Shown: positions 49,462 to 58,569, counted from the stretch's first letter. The stretch is 64,000 nucleotides of DNA from Candidatus Latescibacterota bacterium (GCA_965217585.1 OZ244561.1:1888001-1952000); one strand, 5' to 3'. The notes: generated from the sequence alone by a model not told the origin. Translations and numbers: made by a program.

Positions 49462-51399
49462 ATGGATCACGCCACACACGTGCGTCATTCGGTCTCGCTA
49501 AGAGCAGCCCTAATGGGGCTGGTTTGCTGCCTAGTGATCGCCGCGGGCGAACCATATGGCGTGCTCTTTCTGAGGGGATCCGCGCTGGCTGCCGATTTCT
49601 CCACCGGGGCGGCCCTCTGCCTCTTTCTCCTGCTCACCCTGTTGCTCAATCCCGCCGCCAGGCTGTTGACCGGTTCCCAGTTGCGGAGTGGCGAACTGGC
49701 CACCGTGTACATCATGATGATCGTGGCCTCGGCCATCCCTTCTTGGGGACTCACCATGAACCTGATTCCCCTGCTGGGAGGTTTCTTCTATTACGCCACC
49801 CCTGAAAATGAGTGGACCTCGTCAATCGTGCCGCATCTGCCCGAGTGGCTGGTTCCCACGGATCGCGAGGCCCTGTGGAAACTCTTCGAGGGAAGCGCAC
49901 GCGGCGAGGGGGTGCCGTGGGAGGCGTGGGGCACACCGCTGCTGGCCTGGTCTCTGTTCAGTACCACCATCTACTTCGTCACCCTCTGCTTGCTGGTCAT
50001 CCTGCGCAAGCAGTGGGTTGAGCACGAGCGGCTGCTGTTCCCGCTGGCCATCCTCCCCTTGGAGATGAGCACCCGGCAGGAAGATAGGTGGCTGCCGGCC
50101 TTCTTGCGCAACCCTTTGATGTGGATCGGTTTCCTGATCCCCGCCGCGATCAACAGCATCAATGCCCTGCATGCCTACTTCAACTTCATCCCCCGGATCA
50201 ACTTGAATGTTTCTCTGCCGATCCTGCGCGATTCCGTCAGTCTCAACTTCACGCCGCGGTTCGAGGTGATCGGTCTTTCCTATCTGCTCAGCCTAGACGT
50301 CTCCTTCGGAGTGTGGTTCTTCGCCTTCCTGGCCCATCTGCAAACGGGCATCGAGCGGATGATGGGCTGGAGCATCGGGCCTATCCAGCCTTTTTCCGAT
50401 CCGGGGACTCCCAGCGTCGCGCATCTGGCCCTAGGGGCTCTGTTTTTCCTCGTTGGCGCGAGTTTCTGGAATGGCCGGCAGCATCTCAGGGACGTGTTGC
50501 GCAAGGCTTTCCGAGGCGATCTGCAAGTCGACGACAGCGTCGAACTGCTCTCCTATCGGACGGCGGTGTTCGGCACTTTCCTGGGCAGTCTGCTGGCGCT
50601 GGCCTGGCTCCTAATCGCTGGTCTGAACCTGCTGCCCGCGTTGATTTTCCTGATCTCGGCCCTAGTGATCTTCGTCGGCCTGGCGCGCATCATCTCTCAG
50701 ACCGGCCTGGCCTATGCTCGGGCTCCGGTGACAGCCCCGGTTTTGACAGTCAATACCCTCGGCTCCTCGCTGGTGGGACCGGGCGGTCTGGCCATTCTCG
50801 GTCTGAACTTCGCCTGGGCAGCCGACGTCAGGACTTTTGTCATGGCTTCGGCTGCCACCGGTCTGAAGATAGCCGAGGTGATGCGCCTAGAATATCGCCG
50901 TCTGTTTTGGGTGATCATGGTGGCTATCGTTGCCAGCCTCATCGGTTCGATCTGGTCCGTCGTCACGCTAGCCTATACCTATGGAGGAATTAATCTGGAT
51001 GGGTGGTTCTTCAATGGTCTGTCCCACTATGCCGGCGACTGGATCACCCGGAACATCAACAATCCCCAACCGATACACGGTTGGCACTTGGGGTTTGCCG
51101 GAATCGGGGCGGTATTGATGGGCTGCATGACCTACATCAAAAGCCATTTCGTCGGTTTTCCCATCCATCCAGTGGGCATGGCTCTCGGCCTGACGGCACC
51201 TATCTACCAAGTGTGGTTTTCCATTTTCATCGCCTGGCTCCTCAAGGTTTTCATCCTCAAATACGGCGGTGTTAAGCTCTATCGGCATCTGCGTCCATTC
51301 TTTTTAGGTATGACGCTGGGGATGTTTACCTCGGCAGGGCTGTGGCTGATTATCGATTTCTGGAACGGCATGTCGGGGAATCGCCTTACCGTGGGATGA
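49462..51399 (+). CDS. DUF6785/DUF6784-like polytopic membrane protein (module B)
   Basis: GAGG RBS; YYATPENEW, RKQWVEHERL.FPL, DDSVELLSYR, YTYGGINL, FPIHPVG, LKYGG..LY..LRPFFLG. Confidence 0.75.
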   Translation: MDHATHVRHSVSLRAALMGLVCCLVIAAGEPYGVLFLRGSALAADFSTGAALCLFLLLTLLLNPAARLLTGSQLRSGELATVYIMMIVASAIPSWGLTMNLIPLLGGFFYYATPENEWTSSIVPHLPEWLVPTDREALWKLFEGSARGEGVPWEAWGTPLLAWSLFSTTIYFVTLCLLVILRKQWVEHERLLFPLAILPLEMSTRQEDRWLPAFLRNPLMWIGFLIPAAINSINALHAYFNFIPRINLNVSLPILRDSVSLNFTPRFEVIGLSYLLSLDVSFGVWFFAFLAHLQTGIERMMGWSIGPIQPFSDPGTPSVAHLALGALFFLVGASFWNGRQHLRDVLRKAFRGDLQVDDSVELLSYRTAVFGTFLGSLLALAWLLIAGLNLLPALIFLISALVIFVGLARIISQTGLAYARAPVTAPVLTVNTLGSSLVGPGGLAILGLNFAWAADVRTFVMASAATGLKIAEVMRLEYRRLFWVIMVAIVASLIGSIWSVVTLAYTYGGINLDGWFFNGLSHYAGDWITRNINNPQPIHGWHLGFAGIGAVLMGCMTYIKSHFVGFPIHPVGMALGLTAPIYQVWFSIFIAWLLKVFILKYGGVKLYRHLRPFFLGMTLGMFTSAGLWLIIDFWNGMSGNRLTVG

Positions 51400-51433
51400 G
51401 GCTGAAGCGCGAAGTCAAACAGAAGACGGAAAG

Positions 51434-51497
51434 TCCATAGCCGACCGCAAGATCGCGGCACTTGGCCAAAGAGCGGGATCTGTACTTGGGGCTTTAA
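51434..51497 (+). repeat. Right direct repeat: degenerate copy of the methionine synthase-like 3' end
   Basis: Encodes SIADRKIAAL(+1 nt)AKERDLYLGL* versus SIADRKITALAEGRDLYLGL* at 13779-13841. Confidence 0.88.
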
Positions 51498-51504
51498 GTA
51501 GGAG

Positions 51505-52239
51505 TTAAGGACTAGTGCGGCGCATGATGCTGAGGATCTGGCCGGTCATGCCGCTGGCCGGGGGTTGCGCGGCGAGGAAAAGTGCCGAGGCAACGACCTG
51601 TTCTGGCTCCTTCCACGGGTCGCTCGCGGCGCGGAAGCTGCTAGCTGCTTGCCAAGATGGTTTTGACAGCTCCGTCTTGACCGGGCCGGGTATGAGCACA
51701 TTGGCGATGATGCCCTCGCTCCACACTTCTTCTGCAATGGCTTGGGTCAACCCGTGCAAGGCCGCTTTGGACGCGCAATAGACGCTGAGATCCGCGTGGC
51801 CGACTTGGCCCATGCCGGAGCCGACGTTGATGATGTTCCCGCTGCCCTGTCGCTGCATAATGGGCAATACCGCGCGGCAACAGCGGACGACGCCCATGAC
51901 GTTAATTTGCCACGCTTGCTCCCACTCATCATCCGTCGCGTCTAAAAACAGCCCGCGCGGATTGACGCCGGCGTTGTTGACGAGAATATCGATCCGACCG
52001 AACCGCTCTACTGTTTTCTGCACGAGGCGTTCCACCTCTGCGCTCACCCGCAAATCGGTCGGCACAGTGAAGGATTCACCGCCCTGCGCGGCAATCGCCG
52101 CGGCGACTTCGTCGAGCTGAGCCGTGCTGCGCGCGGCAATGGCGACCTGCGCACCCTCGGCAGCGTAGCCCATAGCAATAGCGCGGCCAATGCCGCGACC
52201 CCCGCCCGTGATGAGAGCGACCTTGTCTTTGAGTTGCAT
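51505..52239 (-). CDS. Short-chain dehydrogenase/reductase
   Basis: TGGGRGIG, DILVNNAG, YCASK (YxxxK), PG.V.T. Confidence 0.93.
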   Translation of the reverse strand: MQLKDKVALITGGGRGIGRAIAMGYAAEGAQVAIAARSTAQLDEVAAAIAAQGGESFTVPTDLRVSAEVERLVQKTVERFGRIDILVNNAGVNPRGLFLDATDDEWEQAWQINVMGVVRCCRAVLPIMQRQGSGNIINVGSGMGQVGHADLSVYCASKAALHGLTQAIAEEVWSEGIIANVLIPGPVKTELSKPSWQAASSFRAASDPWKEPEQVVASALFLAAQPPASGMTGQILSIMRRTSP

Positions 52240-52246
52240 GGTTGAG

Positions 52247-53218
52247 TTATCCGCGCAAGTACCCAGCGACCTCTTTGGCGAAATAAGTCAAGATCATATC
52301 CGCGCCGGCCCGCTTGATCCCGGTCAACACTTCCATAACGGCCTGCTCGCGCTGGACCCACCCCCGCTCCGCAGCCGCCACAATCATCCCATACTCGCCG
52401 GAGACATTGTACGCGGCAATCGGCACGTCAAAGTCTTGGCGAGCGGCGGCGATTACGTCGAGATAGGCCAGCGCCGGCTTGACCATCACCACATCGGCTC
52501 CTTCCTCAATGTCGAGCGCGATCTCCACGAGTGCCTCGCGGCCATTGGCCGGATCCATCTGATAGGTCTTCTTGTCGCCCTTCTTGGGGGCCGACTGGAG
52601 CGCGTCGCGGAACGGGCCGTAAAAGCACGAGGCATATTTAGCCGAATACGCCAAGATGCCGACGTTTTTATAACCAGCCGCGTCGAGCGCGCGGCGGATG
52701 CCGCCGACTCGGCCATCCATCATGTCTGAGGGCGCGACCCAATCGACGCCCGCTTCGGCGTGCGAAAGGGCCATCCTGCACAGCACCTCTATGGTCTCGT
52801 CGTTGACGACCTCGCCATCGACGACCAAGCCGTCGTGGCCGTGGTGGGTATAGGGGTCGAGGGCCACATCGGTCTGCACGCAGAGTTCGGGCACCGCGGC
52901 TTTGATACTGCGGATCGCTCGTTGGATCAAGCCCTGCGGGTCGTAGGACTGGGTGGCCTGATCGTCTTTTTGGGTCGAGTAGCCGAAGAGATTGACCGCT
53001 GGGATGCCTAACTCCCACAACTCGCGGCATTCATCGACCAGCTCGTCGACCGAGAAGCGGTATTGGCCGGGCATGTCGTCGATGGGCGCGCGCGTTTTTT
53101 CGCCTTCGGTGACAAACAGCGGGCAGATCAGATCATCGACGTGCAAATGGGTCTCGCGCACTAAGCTGCGCGCCGCTTCTGAACGCCTGAGTCGTCGGGG
53201 CCTCTTGGTCAATTCCAC
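52247..53218 (-). CDS. hemB: Porphobilinogen synthase (Zn-independent type)
   Basis: RPRRLR, DVALDPYT.HGHDG, APSDMMDGR, SAKYAS.FYGPFRDA, YQMDPAN, MVKPAL.YLD, AYNVSGEY. Confidence 0.97.
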   Translation of the reverse strand: MELTKRPRRLRRSEAARSLVRETHLHVDDLICPLFVTEGEKTRAPIDDMPGQYRFSVDELVDECRELWELGIPAVNLFGYSTQKDDQATQSYDPQGLIQRAIRSIKAAVPELCVQTDVALDPYTHHGHDGLVVDGEVVNDETIEVLCRMALSHAEAGVDWVAPSDMMDGRVGGIRRALDAAGYKNVGILAYSAKYASCFYGPFRDALQSAPKKGDKKTYQMDPANGREALVEIALDIEEGADVVMVKPALAYLDVIAAARQDFDVPIAAYNVSGEYGMIVAAAERGWVQREQAVMEVLTGIKRAGADMILTYFAKEVAGYLRG

Positions 53219-53245
53219 GGCAGTCTCCTAGTCAAATTTCTCATT

Positions 53246-54526
53246 TCAGAAACTCGTCCTCTGTTTTTTGCACCATGCTCGCAGGCGACGGCGATGGTCG
53301 TCGAGTTCGTCCTTGAACCGCGCGTTGACGGCGAGGTTGACCATTTCGCCCGGGTCTGTTTGCAAATCGACGAGCTGCTCGCGGTAGCGGCCCATGGGAT
53401 AGGCGCTGTATTTGTAGCGGTCGGTAAGCACGGCGCGCGAAGCACCGCCACCGCCTGGACCGGGGCCAATGTCCATGATGGTCTCAACGACGAGCTCCCT
53501 GCGCCACTCGTCGGGCGCGTCGCCCTCGGCAAGCGGTCGCAAACTCAGCCCTTCGAGACCATCGGGCACGCTCGCACCGCCGACATCGCATAGCGTGGGC
53601 AGCAAGTCGAGACCGAGGGAGACCAGATGGGTGTTGTCAACGCCACCGGCTCGTGTAATCCCTTTGTGACTGATAATAAAAGGGATGTTGATGACTTCCT
53701 CGTAGAGGCTGGTTTTTTGATTCCAGTTGTGGGCACCGTGTCCGTCACCGTGATCCGAGGTGAAAACGATATAGGTATCTTCTTCGAGGCCGAGGTCGCG
53801 CAGGCCATTGAGCAGCACGCCGATTTCAGCATCGACTTTTTCGCACAGGCGATAATATAAAAAGCGGAGCCGTCGCCAGTCGTCTTCAGTGTATTCGATG
53901 GTGGGATAGACGCGGCGATTGGCCTGTCGCAGCATCTGCAGGATGTCGGGTGCATAGGGTGGGATGGCGAAGTTTGCGGGCAGACTCGGGCATTCTTCGA
54001 CAGTGGCCGGTTCTGGTACCGGGCCTTGTGGCAGTGGCTGATTGCGGGCGACTTGGCAGATGTCGTGGGGATTGATGAATGACGCGAAAAGGAAGAAGGG
54101 ATTGTCGCGGTCGCGTTGCATGAATTCGATGGCGCGCAGAGGCACCTCGTCGTCCCGACTGCCGCAGATGACTTCGAGGCCGCTCTCTTCGGGCGTGGTG
54201 CCGGGGACGTGCCATTTTCCCGACAGGGCGCAGTCATACCCCGCGTTGGCGAGGAAGTTGCCGAGCGTTCGGCCTCTGTATTCGGGCTTGATTGGTGTGT
54301 TATTGCTGGTCGCGCCATTTTGATGGGGAAAAAGACCGGTCATAAAGCTGGCGCGCTGGGGACCGCATAAGGGATGCGTGCAATAGGCGCGGGTGAACCG
54401 CACCCCCGTTGCGGCGAGGCGGTCCATATTGGGGGTGGACACGTCGGGGTTGCCGGCACAGGACATGACTCCGGCGTATTGCTGGTCCGTGATGATGAAA
54501 AGAATATTGGGACGACGCTCTGGCAT
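53246..54526 (-). CDS. Sulfatase (formylglycine-dependent, Cys-type)
   Basis: RPNILFIITDQ, CGPQRAS (CxPxR), GKWH, NPHD, FTSDHGD, DPGEM.NL. Confidence 0.93.
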   Translation of the reverse strand: MPERRPNILFIITDQQYAGVMSCAGNPDVSTPNMDRLAATGVRFTRAYCTHPLCGPQRASFMTGLFPHQNGATSNNTPIKPEYRGRTLGNFLANAGYDCALSGKWHVPGTTPEESGLEVICGSRDDEVPLRAIEFMQRDRDNPFFLFASFINPHDICQVARNQPLPQGPVPEPATVEECPSLPANFAIPPYAPDILQMLRQANRRVYPTIEYTEDDWRRLRFLYYRLCEKVDAEIGVLLNGLRDLGLEEDTYIVFTSDHGDGHGAHNWNQKTSLYEEVINIPFIISHKGITRAGGVDNTHLVSLGLDLLPTLCDVGGASVPDGLEGLSLRPLAEGDAPDEWRRELVVETIMDIGPGPGGGGASRAVLTDRYKYSAYPMGRYREQLVDLQTDPGEMVNLAVNARFKDELDDHRRRLRAWCKKQRTSF

Positions 54527-54601
54527 ACTTTCTTTGCTCCTAGATAGTCTTCAGTCTGAAGGCGAAAATACGAATCAGCAGATGGAACGTCCAACACCGA
54601 A

Positions 54602-54626
54602 GTAACAAACCGCCCTCGACATCGTT
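54602..54626 (+). promoter_or_regulatory. ECF sigma-type promoter (GTAAC-N16-CGTT), probably autoregulatory
   Basis: Lies 53 nt upstream of the ECF sigma start, flanked by a GTCCAACACC direct repeat (54589-54598, 54652-54661). Confidence 0.55.
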
Positions 54627-54679
54627 CTATAAGCGTGTGCACACGAGAATTGTCCAACACCTGACATCATGGAGATGCA

Positions 54680-55201
54680 ATGCACGTAGAACAGGCGGTT
54701 GAAAGATTCGGGCCGCTGGTCATGAGTCTGATCTGGCGGATCAACGGAAACCAAGAAGAGACAGCCGACCTCTACCAAGAAGTATTCGTGAAGTTCCACG
54801 AGACTACGAGCGAGCGCGGTCCGCTGCAACAGCCCAAGGCGTGGTTGTGCCGCACGGCGATCAACTCTGCTATTGACTCCAACCGCCAGCGAGCGCGATT
54901 TGTCTCTTGGAGCGAATCGGCGGAGAAACCTCACAACTGGGAGACGAACAATGCACTCGATAATGGTCTTATGGTCGAAAAAATTCGCCATCTCGCTGTG
55001 GATTTGCCCGAGCGCCGCAGAGAAGTCTTCGTCCTCCGCTACTTCCAAGGCTGTTCCTTCGCGCAGATCGCCCAGTTGCTAAATTGCTCTCCAGGAGCAG
55101 CGCGAGCCGCAGCGTTCCAAGCCGCAAAACAGATTCGCGCGTGGCTCACCTGCGACAGTCCATCCGCAACGACATCAAACCCCAAGGAAGCTAACCAATG
55201 A
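54680..55201 (+). CDS. ECF RNA polymerase sigma factor
   Basis: Region 2 DLYQEVF..KAWLCRTAIN.AID; region 4 LPERRREVFVLRY..G.S..QIA.LL. Confidence 0.9.
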   Translation: MHVEQAVERFGPLVMSLIWRINGNQEETADLYQEVFVKFHETTSERGPLQQPKAWLCRTAINSAIDSNRQRARFVSWSESAEKPHNWETNNALDNGLMVEKIRHLAVDLPERRREVFVLRYFQGCSFAQIAQLLNCSPGAARAAAFQAAKQIRAWLTCDSPSATTSNPKEANQ

Positions 55202-56019
55202 TTACGACTAAGCAGTTTGAACACAAACTCATCGAATACCTCGACGGCGAGCTGTCCGACGCCGAAAAGCGAGAAGTAGAGGAGTACCTGCAGGCCCATC
55301 CCGAAGCCATCGAGCTCAAAGGCGATTTCTCCCTGCTGTGCGCGGCCGGAAAATCAATCCGCGAGTCCGCCTTTCCCGCGGATTTGCTCTTGGAAGCCAA
55401 TCGCAAGCTCGCCGCTCGCTTGGCCGATTCGCGACGCGAGAATGTGGCTTCTCCACGCGGATCAACTCCCGTCGCGTCCGACAACGGATCGCCAGAGACC
55501 GTCCCCAGCCGGACCTGGCTGCCGAACCTCCGGCGGCGGTTGCGGCCGCCCGTACTCGCCGCCGTACTCGCCGCACTAGCGATCCTCCTAGTAGGTGCTG
55601 TCACTCAGAGGGCGGCCCTCGCCGACATTGCCAGCAGCCTGCTGCAGCGAATCACGGTGACCTTCAACGACGAGCCCCTGTCCGATAGCCAACAGCAGGC
55701 GTTCGACGAGGTTGTTGAGATTACGGAAACCTTGGATGAGAATGGCGATCAGGTCGTCACCGTCAACGTGGAGGCCGATCAGATGCCCCAGGAGTTTAGA
55801 GACGGTGTCCTGAAAATGGTGGTCAGCGGCGATGAAAGCAGTGAAGCAGTAAGCGTGAGCGCATCGGCGCACGTTTTCGCCGACTCAGACCCTATTGTAG
55901 TGAACCTCGATTCGCTGCGCGCTGCGAAGATCGGCTCTCAGTCTCCAAACGTCGCCGAGGATAAGAGCTGGGGCGACATCAAGAGAGCCGCCGGTTCCAC
56001 CACCGACGACTCTCCCTGA
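55198..56019 (+). CDS. Membrane-anchored anti-sigma factor with a WGxIK motif near the C-terminus
   Basis: ATGA overlap with the sigma gene; LIEYLDGELS.....VEEYL (ASD/zf-HC2-like but without Cys ligands); one TM helix; acidic outer domain ending VAEDKSWGDIKR. Confidence 0.8.
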   Translation: MITTKQFEHKLIEYLDGELSDAEKREVEEYLQAHPEAIELKGDFSLLCAAGKSIRESAFPADLLLEANRKLAARLADSRRENVASPRGSTPVASDNGSPETVPSRTWLPNLRRRLRPPVLAAVLAALAILLVGAVTQRAALADIASSLLQRITVTFNDEPLSDSQQQAFDEVVEITETLDENGDQVVTVNVEADQMPQEFRDGVLKMVVSGDESSEAVSVSASAHVFADSDPIVVNLDSLRAAKIGSQSPNVAEDKSWGDIKRAAGSTTDDSP

Positions 56020-56058
56020 TCAAGCGGATTGCTCGGCTTCAAGCCAAGCCTTCAAAGA

Positions 56059-56095
56059 GAACGGGCCCTAGGTCGTCATCGACCGGGGCCCGTTC
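56059..56095. terminator. Stem-loop between the convergent anti-sigma and toxin genes
   Basis: GAACGGGCCCTaGGTCG-tcat-CGACCGGGGCCCGTTC. Confidence 0.65.
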
Positions 56096-56118
56096 GTCAT
56101 CTCCAAGGGGGGATCCTA

Positions 56119-56373
56119 TCATTGAATCAGCTTATCGTATTCTGCGTGTGTTCCAATCCAGAACCAAACCAAGCCTTCCTCAACCTCCACGGCGACAGTC
56201 CGATATTTGATTCCTACTCTTGCAGACCAATACCTTTCGACTTTCTTCAAATGTAAGGATGGATGTCTCGTATCTCGTTTCATCAATTTGAAATTTTCAT
56301 CTGCTAGGTTCTGAATATTTTGCGGGAGTTTTCGATAACACTCCCAAAACGAAGGAGCTGCAAAGTGATTCAC
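56119..56373 (-). CDS. ParE/RelE-like toxin
   Basis: FW.CY..LP..IQ..A...F.L......HPSL.LKKV..YWSARVG..YR..A......WFWIG.H.EYD. GTGA overlap with the upstream gene. Confidence 0.85.
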   Translation of the reverse strand: MNHFAAPSFWECYRKLPQNIQNLADENFKLMKRDTRHPSLHLKKVERYWSARVGIKYRTVAVEVEEGLVWFWIGTHAEYDKLIQ

Positions 56374-56570
56374 AATTCTTTGCACTTCCCTGCCCGAAAA
56401 TCCACAATTGCTTGATTGGCAAGTTGATCTAACCTTCCTGATTTCGCATCTTTTTCAAACTGTCGATCCCAAACTTCGGCATCGAATTCATCAAACCATT
56501 CCCTGAAACGGGCAAGTTCATCCGCCGAAAGTTGGGAAACGGCTGATTGAAGTTCTTGCACAGCTTGCAT
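56370..56570 (-). CDS. Putative cognate antitoxin
   Basis: 66 aa, acidic; 'LS..EL..FREWF.EFDA..WDRQFE.D...GRLD.LA'; translationally coupled to the toxin. Confidence 0.8.
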   Translation of the reverse strand: MQAVQELQSAVSQLSADELARFREWFDEFDAEVWDRQFEKDAKSGRLDQLANQAIVDFRAGKCKEL

Positions 56571-56842
56571 GACTAAATCCCCTTTTTTACTAAAGTCTCT
56601 TCGATCTGATGCTTTCACCCGACGTGCCACCTCAAACTCGCTTTCAGTTCCAAGAGCGAAACGTCGCTCACCCCACCCGGATCCATTGAGAATTTTCCAC
56701 TCTGCCGCGCCATTTCGTCCTTCACAATAATCGTTCCTTCTGATAGCCTCACGGCCTTCCGGCCGGGGATGGTCGTTTTAAGATACCCAAAACAGACGAC
56801 CCCACAACGACGGCCACCACACAAAGGTCCACTATAAAGCCG

Positions 56843-57532
56843 ATGAGCCATTCCGTCCGACGCCATCTGCGCCTTGAAATCGAGGCATACGATAAGACCA
56901 TCCGCGCTTTCATTCCCGCCTACGAAGAAATGCTGGCGCGAGCCGCAGACGCCGTTGCCGAAACCAAGCCGAAAAAAGTAATCGATCTCGGCGCTGGCAC
57001 GGGCGCCTTGGCACAAGCCGTATTGCAGCGATGCGAAGGAGCCAAAGTCGAACTAATTGACGCCGACGCCGAGATGCTCGATCAGGCCCGCGAGCGACTC
57101 GCGCCCTTTGCTACCCGAGTGCAGTACACCGTGCGAGCGTTCCAAGGCCCGCTACCCGCCTGCGACGCGGTGGTCGCCTCCCTCGCGCTGCACCACGTTC
57201 CCACAATGACCGAAAAACGGACGATCTTCAGCGCGATTCACGCCGCGTTGCGCCCGGGCGGCGTGTTCGTCAACGCGGATGCGACCATGCCCGCCGATCC
57301 GTCCGTCCGCCAAGCCGAATACGAGACTTGGGCGGCCCACCTCGTCTCCTGCGGCATCGCCGAAGAACGCGCCTATAGCCATTTCGAAGAATGGGCCGAC
57401 GAAGACACCTACTTTCCAGTGGAAGACGAACTCGCCGCGCTGACAGACGCTGGTTTTGACGCGACCTGTCTGTGGCGCGTCGTACCCGTCACAGTCATAA
57501 AAGCGGTTAAAGCCGCAGCACGGGATGAGTAA
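56843..57532 (+). CDS. Class I SAM-dependent methyltransferase
   Basis: YD..IR..IP.Y.EM, DLGAGTG, SLALHH, LRPGGVFVNAD. Confidence 0.9.
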   Translation: MSHSVRRHLRLEIEAYDKTIRAFIPAYEEMLARAADAVAETKPKKVIDLGAGTGALAQAVLQRCEGAKVELIDADAEMLDQARERLAPFATRVQYTVRAFQGPLPACDAVVASLALHHVPTMTEKRTIFSAIHAALRPGGVFVNADATMPADPSVRQAEYETWAAHLVSCGIAEERAYSHFEEWADEDTYFPVEDELAALTDAGFDATCLWRVVPVTVIKAVKAAARDE

Positions 57533-57630
57533 CGAGTCGCGGCAAGAGACTACCGTGCGGCTTGGTACCGTCCGTCGATGATCGGCCGCAATCAATCAGG
57601 AGGCGTTGGCGAGCCCCAGATGCCGAGCGG

Positions 57631-58569
57631 CTACAGCAGCTTGGGCAGCAGTAGGGCGAGGGCGACGCTGACGAGGAGGCCAGCGAAGATCTTCGTGAGG
57701 TCGGAGAGCACCAGCCGGGACACCTCCTGACGGCTGCGGTGCTTCTCGTTCCAAGCAATGGCGATCTCGCGTCCAGCTAGCAGACCGACGAAGACCCAAG
57801 TCGTGCTCATCGGGATGTGGCTGACCTCCTTAAACAGGAACAGCACGATGCCGTAGATCAGGTCCACGAACGTCGCCGAGCGGATGTCGGTGGTGTTCGT
57901 CTTAGTCAGCACCACCTTCTGGATGGCACCGCCATGGGAGTAAAAGATGAAGCCGAGCAAGCCGAGCATGAAGACGATGGACACGAAGAACCATCCCGCA
58001 GGCAACTCGCGCGGCAGGAAAACATAGATGTTCGCCAGATCCTGTATAAGCCACTGGCTCCAGAGGAAACCAGTCGAGCACCACTGAGCCACGATCCACC
58101 AAGGACTCGTCGGTCCCTCCGTGCGGTTGAAGCGAGACTCGAGACTCCGGGTGATCAACTTGTACACGACGATGGCGACCACGAAGGCCGTCGCATACCC
58201 CAGCAACGACTTGAGCAGCATGCTCGACAGGGCCTTCGGCGCGAAGATCGTTAGCGTCAGGAAGGTGGTGCTGACCGGGATGCCCCAGCGGGTCAGCAAG
58301 AGCAGAACGAAAGGCGGGACGCAGTAAATCCAGCTAAAGTGATCCGGTACTGGGATCGCCTGCAGCCTGCCGTAGGAGACATCGCCGTGAACCATCCACC
58401 CATATACTAGGACTACTGTCGGGATGCTGCCGGCAAAGAGCCAGAGCACCCACCACGGACGGTGGTCGTTGGAACTGAGAAAGGTCCCCAAGGTCTGAAT
58501 TGCGTCGTTGCCGACGATCGAATACGAGCCGAGCAAGAACCCGACGATCATCAGTACTTCCTGACTCAT
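57631..58569 (-). CDS. PiT/PHO4-like anion permease-related membrane protein
   Basis: Polytopic; GNDAIQTLG, duplicated GIPVSTT / HIPMSTT, and QDLANI. Confidence 0.65.
   Translation of the reverse strand: MSQEVLMIVGFLLGSYSIVGNDAIQTLGTFLSSNDHRPWWVLWLFAGSIPTVVLVYGWMVHGDVSYGRLQAIPVPDHFSWIYCVPPFVLLLLTRWGIPVSTTFLTLTIFAPKALSSMLLKSLLGYATAFVVAIVVYKLITRSLESRFNRTEGPTSPWWIVAQWCSTGFLWSQWLIQDLANIYVFLPRELPAGWFFVSIVFMLGLLGFIFYSHGGAIQKVVLTKTNTTDIRSATFVDLIYGIVLFLFKEVSHIPMSTTWVFVGLLAGREIAIAWNEKHRSRQEVSRLVLSDLTKIFAGLLVSVALALLLPKLL

Larger units (their letters stand above)
13842..51497. mobile_element. Putative ~37.6 kb genomic island inserted at the 3' end of the methionine synthase-like gene; no integrase visible
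   Basis: Bounded by a duplicated gene 3' end. Contents are all accessory envelope genes. Removing the block would put the synthase stop about 8 nt from the stop of the convergent SDR gene. Confidence 0.65.

Noticed and set aside
13842-51433. Prophage, ICE, or a complete T9SS or classical PUL
   Set aside because: No integrase, structural, conjugation, PorK-N/SprA, SusC/SusD or CAZyme catalytic genes were recognised.
56615-57016. 133-aa minus-strand ORF upstream of the antitoxin
   Set aside because: Overlaps the methyltransferase antisense, with no motifs.
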